Source: Vitrella brassicaformis CCMP3155
Lineage: Eukaryota > Protista > Chromerida
Reading direction: 5' to 3'
Length of the DNA stretch: 8,789 bases
Assembly (NCBI GenBank): GCA_001179505.1
Contig: CDMY01000949.1
Span: 1 to 8,789, forward strand
How positions within the stretch are numbered: position 1 is the first letter of the stretch; every line of letters begins with the position of its first letter. Shown piece after piece: positions 1-8,460 of this stretch. Position numbers and translations under genes: made by a program. The notes below the pieces were generated by a model. It was given only the letters and a program-made list of their open reading frames with translations, was not told the DNA's origin and did no database searches.

Positions 1-1
1 G

Positions 2-355
2 CTGAGGGAGGTCGACAACAGAGTGAAGGCCTCCTTGTTGATCGTGCCGGCCACTATACTGTCTCGGGTCCTGCCCGCAGCATTCTACGTCATCTGCTTG
101 GCGGCCCTCGCGTGTGTCATTGCCGAGACGATGCTCTTCAACTGTTCGCTCATATCTGAGTGGCTTTTTCGTGACGTGACCAGGGGCAGCATCCTACACT
201 GTGCCCTTCCTATCTTCGTGTCCTTGCTGGCACTCACCTTTTCAGTCCAAGCCTTCTTCGCGACCTCCCTGTGGACCAAAAGTCTCGTCCGGCGCGTCCA
301 CAAGCGTCTGAGACGCGAAAGGGGTGGCGATGTGCCTGCGATTCTGTCTGTATAA
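2..355 (+). CDS. 3' end (5'-partial) of a multi-pass membrane protein gene, family not identified
   Basis: Frame is open from base 2 (LREVDNRVKASLL...) to TAA at 353-355. Third codon positions are strongly G/C. It has long hydrophobic segments (LLIVPATILSRVLPAAFYVICLAALACVIA; ILHCALPIFVSLLALTFSVQAFFATSLW) followed by a basic tail (RRVHKRLRR). TG-rich non-coding sequence follows the stop. Confidence 0.7.
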   Translation: MREVDNRVKASLLIVPATILSRVLPAAFYVICLAALACVIAETMLFNCSLISEWLFRDVTRGSILHCALPIFVSLLALTFSVQAFFATSLWTKSLVRRVHKRLRRERGGDVPAILSV

Positions 356-689
356 TGTATGTCTGTTTGTGTCGCTCTATGTGTGTCTGTCCATAAGTCT
401 ATGTGCTATGCAACGACAAATTTGCCGGAGCAGTATGACAGATGCCGTTTCTTCTGCGCAATCGATGCCTGTGTGACTGACTGACCGTTGCATGCTTTCA
501 CCGTAATTTGCTGGTCCATTCATCTCACCTGCCACCTCGGCTGCTTTGTCAGTCACAGCCAGAGCATACAGAAGAAGGCACAGAATCATGCAGGACAGCG
601 ACACGGCTGCCCGACCCCAAATCCATGCATCTATTACGTGTTCGCATGGGCGCTGACAAAGGTGTGCTCTATCTTCTCGTTTTAAAGAG

Positions 690-721
690 ACACTAAAAGA
701 AAAATAGCAACACTAAAAGAA
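690..721. repeat. 12-bp direct repeat acactaaaagaa x2 (period 20) between the convergent genes
   Basis: Copies at 690-701 and 710-721, in an A-rich tract that reads U/GU-rich on the minus strand. Confidence 0.7.
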
Positions 722-916
722 GACGACTGCGAGAAAAAGCAGGGTTCGCATCTCATACGCAATCAAAACCTATGCTCTATCCCCCCTCATTCTCGAAAAC
801 AGCCCTTTCGTGGCACAGAACGCACTCTCTTGGTGAGATGGGAAATGGGAGATGGGAAAAATAGGTACCCACTGAGACATGCCATATGTGCGAAAAAGAC
901 CCCACATGCACCTGAA

Positions 917-2597
917 TCATGTGTGCCCCTCACCATATGAAAGCCCTTGCTCATTCTCATCCAGCTGCCCCTCACCCAACACCCCCTCGCTGACACCCTC
1001 CGAGACGTGGGCCGCTATCATACGCTCCACACCCGTCATCAGCCTCTCTACATCGACACCACCTTCATGCTCCAACTCGTAGGTCTGCGCAGATGTCTGG
1101 ACAGACAAAAAGCGATGAGTACTGTCAGCAAAGGCTTCACAGCAAGTTTTTTCGCCTACCGAGCGTGGCCTGCCGTGTCTTTTCTTTTGTTTCGCATTTT
1201 TGTAAGCCGCATATAGCTCACGCCATCCACCAATGTGCTCATGCGTCTCAAGAACGTCATCTGTGCCAGTGACCGATTGCACAAAGCTCTTGTCTTCTTC
1301 TGAAAGACAGGACGACACACCCGAAAATGCTTGGTCACTATTGTGAAACCCACTTGCAACGTTGCGCCCGGATGGACTTCTGACTTTCGGGCTCCTTGTG
1401 CGCTTGCTGAGGTGGATATTCTCTTCGTACATGTTCTGGAACGTGACCAACTTGTCCACGACAAGCAGCAGTTTTGACTTTGAAATGAAGACACACATAT
1501 ACCCACACAAGCTGTGTGGACAAGAATGCGGGAGTGCGTGTACCGCGTCTCCACCTGTAGGTCGTGCAATGTCATGCCGCTCTTGGCACAGTCAGCCGCA
1601 GACCTTCATTCACCGAGGCAGCACCCAGCGACTGCACGTTGCTTCTCCAATGCATGTGACTCTGTGCTGACCTTTCAGAAGCCACGAAGGATTTGTCAGA
1701 CTCCGCGAGATCCCTTACCCAAACAGAGCCTCGCCTCGTTTCCATTGTGCTCTGCTGACACAGATGGCTGTACGAGCTTTGGATGACCGGGCGCTCCTGG
1801 ATGGCGACTGTGTTCACGGACGAGACCAGAGAGACACGCAATCCGATTTCTGCCAGCATTCTTCTCTCTCAGCTTACTAACCGTCCCACGGCTCATCGCG
1901 CCAAATTCTTTCGAATTCCCGTCGCTCAGTCTGAAAAGTAGGTCAACCATAGCAGTGTCACTCCATTCACTCCGCTTGTCTCACTTCCTTCTTCATGTAT
2001 GGAGAGTGGAGGACAAAGCAATAGGACCACAGGAAATCTAAGAAGTCCGGCGGGACCTGACACGATCGATCGAGATGCCGAGCTTTTGGATCACACAGAT
2101 TTTGTATCGGTCCCTCTGACCTCTTTGATTTGCAGCAGGTCGACGGCTTCTTGCATAGCCGCAGTCAACATCCGCATCACCAACTCACGCTTTCTTGCAA
2201 TCCACCACTCTTCGGCGCGTGATTTCGCGAAGCGGACGACGCCAGAGAGTCTGTCATGCTGCTTCTTGCCGTGAATGACAATCTCAGGTGATGAAGCAGT
2301 GTTGTGTGACATGTTGTCGGTGGCAGGCGGCTCCATCAGCGAGAATTTGCCGGTGTTCCAATCTAGCCACACCTTGCCGAGCCTCATGCGTCGTTGCTCC
2401 TCCCTCCCTGTGTGCCACTCCAACAGCTGTCTCTTGAGCCGGGATAAGCATAAGGCGATGGACTTGCAGTAAAGCACGGAGGAAGCAAGCACGGGGGCCT
2501 CTCGTAGGGAAAGTAGGGAAGAAAAGGCAGTCAATACAAAAATGGGCCTGAAGGTGAGGGCATCCTTGTTTTCAGCAACTTGTGAGAGGGCAGAGCG
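917..2597 (-). CDS. Exons 27-34: predicted cytoplasmic C-terminal tail (about 390 aa), no recognisable enzyme domain
   Basis: In-phase splicing gives ...ELVMRMLTAAMQEAVDLLQIKE|VPPDFLDFLWSYCFVLHSPYMKKE|TERREFERIWRDEPWD|VAIQERP...SDKSFVASER|SAADCAKSGMTLHDLQ|SKLLLVVDKLVTFQNMYEE...|KEDKSFVQ...RPRS|TSAQTYELEHEGG...GLSYGEGHT*. No kinase VAIK/HRD/DFG motifs. Two junctions use AAG acceptors and are less certain. Confidence 0.6.
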
Positions 2598-4455
2598 GAA
2601 GATAAGGGACAAGAGACTGAAGTAGTGATAGAGGTTGAGGAGCATGGCCAGCATCAACATCGAGACGTTGATGTACACTGCATCTCCGCCATTCACATCT
2701 CTGGGGGACAGTGCACGTGGCACATGCAAGGGCATGACAGAAGCCCTCAGGAACATAGTGCGTCTTGAGTGATCACCTGGCCTCATGAAGGATGACAGAC
2801 AGCAGCATGATTGACGCCAGCCAGATGATGAGACCTTGGCTTTCCATCCGATTGAGGAGGTTCATATGTCGGTGATCAAAAGGCGAGATGATCAGGTGGG
2901 CCGTGAGGCAGATAAATGCAACAATGGCCCAATAATGCAGCTGAAGATTTGGGTCGTTCACCACCATGTGCGAGATGAGCAGCACCAACACGCGCCTGCA
3001 TCCATCCAGTAGGAAAGGACGGTGATGACACAATAGAAGCGGTCTCCAGTGTTGACCTTAGAGCAAACACAGCGTCCTGTGCGCCAAGAGGCAGAGGAAG
3101 AAAGAATAGACAACAAGTTCAGTTTTTTCTTTCAAGTGTTTCTGACCCAGCAGGCGTACGCCCGTTTATATCCCTGTCCGCCAACAAACACGTATACAGA
3201 TATCTGCATCTCTTGCCATTCACTTACTCTGGCGCTAGAGGCAGACCCTTACCTGGTAGAAAAACCCAAACCTCTGCGGAAAGCAGAAGAAAAGAGATGC
3301 TTCTATATCGTGGTGTCTCTCTCATACCTTGCGCATTTTGGGGGAGTGCAGCTGGTTGTGGATACAGCACAGTAGCACCACGCCGATTATGACGGGCGAG
3401 AAGCTCTACAGTATGAGGCCTAAAACACCGATTCGGAAGAAATTGAGATGGAGGCCTTCCCTGCAACGAAGGTCCGGATTGACGTCGGGCCACGAAAGCA
3501 ACTTGTTGCTATCTCTAATTTTGTGCTCCCGACATCGCAGCAGCATCAGCATGTTCCTTGTGACCGTGGGATGCGTGAACGTCAGTATGATGATAAACAA
3601 TGCCGCCCGCTGGTCCGCGGCTGTTTTCATTCGAGCACAGCAGTCTCGTCTGTCGACGCGGGCCACATCGCGGGCCACGTCCAGGCCAACGTCGCGGGGC
3701 GTGTCGCGCGACTTGTCTCTGACTACATTACGAGCCGCATCGTCCTGTGACGATGACCGCCGCTCGACAGGTCGCCGTCGCCGTCTACAGCGCTGCAGGC
3801 GTTTGTGGCATCACAGGAAGATGGCGCCGATGGCTGGGATGACGATAAGGCAGACGAGCGGCACGGCAACCCAAGCGGCATGTCTCCACAGCACGGCATT
3901 GTCGTGGCGACCCCACCGGTCGATGATGCACTCCCTGAAACACATAAATCGCACACCCACATGTACACACAAAAGCGCCCGGACGCGTCACACAACACAC
4001 CAGGAGCCGTAGGCAAAGGGCATCCCTCCGTCCCAGGTGAAGAGGCGAGAAGTTGGCACGATGACCTTAGAGAGGTGCTTGACGTCGTAGGAAATCGATA
4101 GCACCAGCATGGCCAGCACACTTATCTGAAGAGAAAAGGCATTTGCAGATGCTCAGCTATGATGCATCCGCCTGCCTGCAACTATACCGATGTAAGATGG
4201 TTCAGGCCTAACTTGAAGAGTGCCTGTGGCAACAGGCAAACATACAGTAGTGACATACCAATACTAATGGAGAAATGGATTTACCGGAATCACGTCGTCG
4301 CGAGGTCTTGTCCCAGCTCTGCAGAAAAGGAGAAACCCAGATGGGCAAAGAGACGAATGTATGTACTTCTATGCCTGCACGCACCTTTCTGCAAGCCATG
4401 CGAGGCCGAAGATGGCCACGAGAGATGCGATTATCAAGAGAAAGGCGAACAGAAT
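2598..4455 (-). CDS. Exons 18-27: multipass membrane domain, about 9 predicted helices (two in-frame stops in exon 22)
   Basis: Hydrophobic segments seen by eye: ILFAFLLIIASLVAIFGLAWLA; LFKLGLNHLTSISVLAMLVLSISY; AAWVAVPLVCLIVIPAIGAIFL*; AALFIIILTFTHPTVTRNMLMLL; FFRIGVLGLIL*SFSPVIIGVVLLCC; AVFALRRVLVLLISHMVV; YWAIVAFICLTAHLIISPF; GLIIWLASIMLLSVIL; YINVSMLMLAMLLNLYHYFSLLSLIF. Motifs RFGFFYQGYKRAYACWDAVFALRR and PFDHRHMNLLNRME are typical of protist Cys-rich multipass / TRP-like membrane domains. Confidence 0.8.
3652..3720 (-). repeat. Imperfect 12-bp coding tandem repeat encoding RD-x-x tetrapeptides
   Basis: Encodes RDKS RDTP RDVG LDVA RDVA RVD. Plus-strand gcgggccac occurs at 3658-3666 and 3670-3678 (period 12). 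Confidence 0.75.
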
Positions 4456-5826
4456 GTTCCAGTGTACTTCACCGCAAGGATGACACGGCTGTGTCGGCCC
4501 TCTTCTCGCATATTCCTTCTCGCACAGGCCACATACGAATCCCCGGTACTTGGATCCTTTCTCTGACTGCAAACATGGCCACAAATATGAGCAAACTTGG
4601 CTTATATGTATCCCAACTTTACCAGGCATTTGGTCAGCCCTGTGTCTTCGTCCACGCCATCACATGCCTGCTTGAATGGACAGGGAATCACCACAGGAAG
4701 CGTCGTGTTTTTGGCAGCATATCTGCAAATGAACACATGTGGAAGCGTCAATTCCACATGCCATACATATTTCTACTAGGCGCTCCTCACGTTGTCATTC
4801 TGTCGTCGTAGGTTAGCAGGTAGAACCCCTTCTTTGTGGGCACAAGGGAGCGATTCTTTATGGGTTGCTCGCAGTCGAGGCCCTGCATATCCTCGATGCA
4901 CTTCTCGCATCTAAGTTTGCTGCTGTGCCTGCGAAAGAGACACAGACACACAACAACGAGACTTGCACGTCGCCTGCCAGCCGCGGCTTACTTGATGAAT
5001 CCATTTGTACAGTAACACAATTCCTTGTCTGTGCTGCCTTCTGGCGAGATTAAGTCGGCTCCACACTGTTCGCAAGTTGCCTTGCCGTTTTCAATTTTGC
5101 CGTACTGTCCTGTAGCAACACAAAGCACTATCTTGTTTTTGCTCCGTGGAACCAGATGAACAATCTACGGACATACCTGCAGGCCACTTCCGACATGTGT
5201 CCTTGTCTCTTTCATACCCTATCTCACAATTCTTCTGGCACATTTGGGAGGCGTTTTTGAAATGGTCCTCTTTGCAGTCACACTCTTGTTTTCCAGCTTG
5301 AGACGCTGAAGGTACACGAAAAACAGAAAACGTGCATGTCTCTTTGCCTCATTGGCGCCCTCACTCATTCCGTCTGCACATTCATGCCGCCATGCATTTC
5401 GTTTTCCCGCTCACTCTCTGTGTCTCGGCAGGGGTGGCACATGTGCGTGCCGGCATTGTGGTTTGAGTAAAAGCCAGCGGGGCACTCAGTGCAGTTGTCT
5501 CCAGCACCATCATAGCCAGGAATACATCGACAGAGCGCGGTCGGGTTGATGCTATGGTCAAGCTGTGAGCGCAGCAGATGACCCATTCAGGGGGAGGATC
5601 ACGTTATTCAATGCTCACCTGTACATCGTTCAATATACGGCAGACACTCGTGCACACTTGGCCATTTGAGACCCCGTTGTCGTCATCTGAGTCAGCAGGG
5701 AGACATGCAATGAATTCATGATGTCTCCTCCTCGCTTGCTATCTGCACACTTCGTTCAGGCCAATTTGGGTTCCGAACAAGCGCCTGAATCCCTCTGTCA
5801 CGCATAGCGGTCAGCTCAGCGCAGTC
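4456..5826 (-). CDS. Exons 11-18: cysteine-rich GCC2/GCC3 (TNFR/ephrin-receptor-like) repeats and juxtamembrane Cys module
   Basis: Spliced translation gives VCTSVCRILNDVQLDHSINPTALCRCIPGYDGAGDNCTECPAGFYS...CHPC...QECDCKEDHF...CRKWPAGQYG...CEQCGADLISPEGSTDKELCYCTNGFIK...CEKC...GLDC...KKGFY...VIPCPFKQAC...KCLSEKGSKYRGFVCGLCEKEYARRGPTQPCHPC. Confidence 0.85.
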
Positions 5827-5893
5827 CTGAGCGGCCAAGCCGTAAATCACAATGTCCGTCACTGTATCATGTGGTCACAAAGCTGTTGCTCAC

Positions 5894-8423
5894 CTTGATT
5901 TTCATTGTCGTGTTGACGAAGAGCCGCAGATTGGTGTTGTTCTTCAGATTCAAGTACGAGGGCCAATCGGAGGGAGAATCCGGCACATCGAATCGCTCCA
6001 AGCTATTGTTGCGCAGGTCAATGTCATGCGCCATTTTTTTCAGCGGTTCACCACTCGTGTCAACCGCCGTGATATGGTTGAAGGCGAGAGTGAGGATGCC
6101 AGTCGCTGAAATGTGACATAGGTGTTACCGTCCCAGGGCAATCAGCAATCGGTGTTGTCCTCCTTCAAGTTTAATAACTGTGATGCTACCTGAAAGAGCT
6201 TTGAAGCTGTCTTTGAAAGTTACATAGCCCTGCTTTGAGCAATACAGGGGACAAGAAATGTGCTGTGTTTGTGCGTGTGTGGGCGTGTCTTGAGCACTGC
6301 TTACTGCCGAGCCACTCCATTCCACGGGTCGGCTGTCGACCAGCTCTTGAACGTCATCTCTGTCGAAGTGATAGAGAACGGCGCAGGTCAAATTTCCCTT
6401 TAGCTGACACTCAGCGCAGCTGAGATTTGATAGGCTGCAAGGATAGGACAGAAGACAATGAGCCAATGCACTGGATCCACTCATGTGTCTCACTCACCTT
6501 GGCAGAGCCCGGAACCCTTGGAGAAAATCGGTGACGTCGATGTGCAGACTGTTGAAGCTCACGTCGAGCTCACGCAACACGGGCCAATCGGGCGGTTCCT
6601 TGGCAGACAACCACTCTTTGGCTTCAGACAACGTCGCTAAATAGAGCAACAGATATGAGTTAGAAAAAGACTACACGAGCAGGCTATTCGCTGTCTTACA
6701 GATCCGGTCATTAGCACAATATCCTTTGGCCGTTTCAAACCACTCTGGCCACGTGGATGCAGTGAAGCTGTTGTTGCTCAAAAGGAGCTTTTTAGCAGCA
6801 GGAAGATAATGCCAGCTTGCTGGGATAATGGCAAGGGCGTTGGTGTCAAAATTGATATCTTCCAGGCTGAACAATGTAAAAGTGAAAAAAGGTCAACGTG
6901 CGTCATTGTGTGTCTCCTTTTCTCTTGCTGACGTCTCGGGGAGGGATCCGTTGCCGGTGAAGCCCTCAATGCGATTGCAACTCAGGTCTACCATTCTGAG
7001 TCTCTTGATAGGGGACAGGGATGGCAGCGTGCCGGTCATATTGTTGTTGCTTAAGGAGAGTGTCGTTAGGCTTGTCCACTCATCGAGCGAGGATGGGAGG
7101 GCTGCCAGACTGCCCGATACAGAGATCAAAGCACATAAGCAGTGTGTCCTTCGGTCGACGGAAAGACCGTACTTGTTGTTGTCAGCGACAAGCTCTTTCA
7201 GTTCTGCGCATTCCGCCAGCCCATCAGGGACTGGTCCATTAAACTGTTGGCAAGCAATGTCAGACACAGAAATTAAAGTAATTTCTTTGCCCTGGTCCTG
7301 CTTTGATTCTAGACCTTGTTATGGCTCAAATGAACTTTCTTTAGCTGTGGAGGCAATCCGAGGGCGTCCAAGGTCCCCGATAGCTTGTTCCACTCCAAAT
7401 ACAACTCCCTCAGTTGCAAAAAGTTGCCCCACTGCTCAGGAATGGTGCCATTGAGGTTGTTGTATCAGGTGCTCTAGGTTGGTCAGCAAGCCCCACTCCG
7501 GAGGAAGGCCGCCGGAGAAGCCCTCATCCGCCTTTTTGGCTGTGAAGGTCGATGCGACGTATGTTTTTTGCCTTGCTGAGAGATGCGGGGAGAGACCCTG
7601 ACAGCTGCAAGCCAAAGAGCACATCGCCTTTTGCTCTCCACATTCGTGTCTCTCTTTGCTTTACGCGTTTCTTGACTTGCCTGATTTTCTTGGAGCTCTA
7701 ACTCCTCGAGATCGGGCCAGTTTGAGCCAAAGCCGTCAGGCAGGCTGCCATATAGAGAATTGCTCTGGAGTCTGAGATGTCTTAAGCGAGTTAGATTTCT
7801 GAGAAACATCGGGATAGGCCCAGAGAGGTTGTTCCGCTGCAGATCAAGGGTCTTGAGATGGTGAAGCTCTCCCAAAGAGTCCGGTATGCGACCGCTCAGA
7901 CTGACATTCTCGAGCACAAGCGACGTCAGATTGTGCCCGAGGGTGGAAGGGATGCTGCCAAGGTGCAAATCGGCCGGCTCGAGCGTCAGGTACTTGATTT
8001 GCATCAGGTTGGCGACGGAGAACGGTCCATTAAGCGCTGCATCGGTGATACCGAGCAGCTCGAGGGAGGGAAGATTCAGATTAGGCAATTGCCCCGAGAA
8101 GCTCAAAGATTTCTGTGACGAGCCGATGATGTCGAGCGCTTTGAGAGAAGTCAGGTTGTTGATGGATTTGAGGATTGTTCCATTCATAATTGTCCCCCTG
8201 ATGTAGAGCAGGCGTAGAGACGTCATGTTGCCAACTTCGTCCATCAGATGGCCCTCGAAAGGCACGCTGGAAATCCACAGACCGAGGATGTGCTTCAGCT
8301 CATAAATGTCCCGCGGGAAATCTACCGTCGTCCTCAGGTTCTCCCGCAACTCTGTCACTTCAAATCCATCCTCACGGTTGCCCCACAGTAGCTGCGAGGA
8401 ATCGATCAACAAACAACCACATG

Positions 8424-8460
<37 letters not shown>

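Noticed and set aside
2-355. TLC (TRAM/LAG1/CLN8) domain call for the plus-strand protein
   Set aside because: Only the general hydrophobic pattern and basic tail fit; no diagnostic residues are visible.
377-604. Minus-strand signal-peptide-like ORF (ATG 589, MILCLLLYALAVTDK..., donor at 528) as a third gene
   Set aside because: I could not build a coherent downstream exon chain, and it would run antisense into the better-supported plus-strand CDS. The strong donor near 237 is explained by the plus-strand codons for ALTFS.
1270-1705. DKSFV pentapeptide occurring twice in the tail
   Set aside because: Flanks and nucleotide sequence are dissimilar; too short to call a duplication.
1696-1881. 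Alternative splice route using donor GTAAGC at 1877 (WDGY-RHPGAPGHPK...)
   Set aside because: It is phase-compatible, but it did not connect onward with typical intron sizes as cleanly as the 1882/1807/1672/1603 route. It cannot be excluded without cDNA.
3406-3813. Alternative nuclear genetic code (TGA/TAG = Trp)
   Set aside because: TGG is used for Trp throughout the gene (LLWGN, PPEWG, ACW, FLWSY) and only two stops occur. Frameshifts and a lost Cys point to decay instead.
3808-3813. Selenocysteine (TGA followed by TGC, a U-C pair)
   Set aside because: The site is a TM boundary where Trp fits and there is no redox fold. I saw no SECIS-like hairpin, and the TAG downstream would remain unexplained.
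3329-4012. 227-aa plus-strand ORF, and similar ones at 6828-7454, 4275-4811 and 7886-8206
   Set aside because: These are antisense shadows of real minus-strand exons, with no recognisable motifs.
1097-7172. Stop-free 3n introns (7110-7172, 6230-6304, 1300-1353, 1097-1159) as regulated intron retention
   Set aside because: A few such cases are expected by chance among more than 30 short introns. Retention at 7110-7172 would break an LRR.
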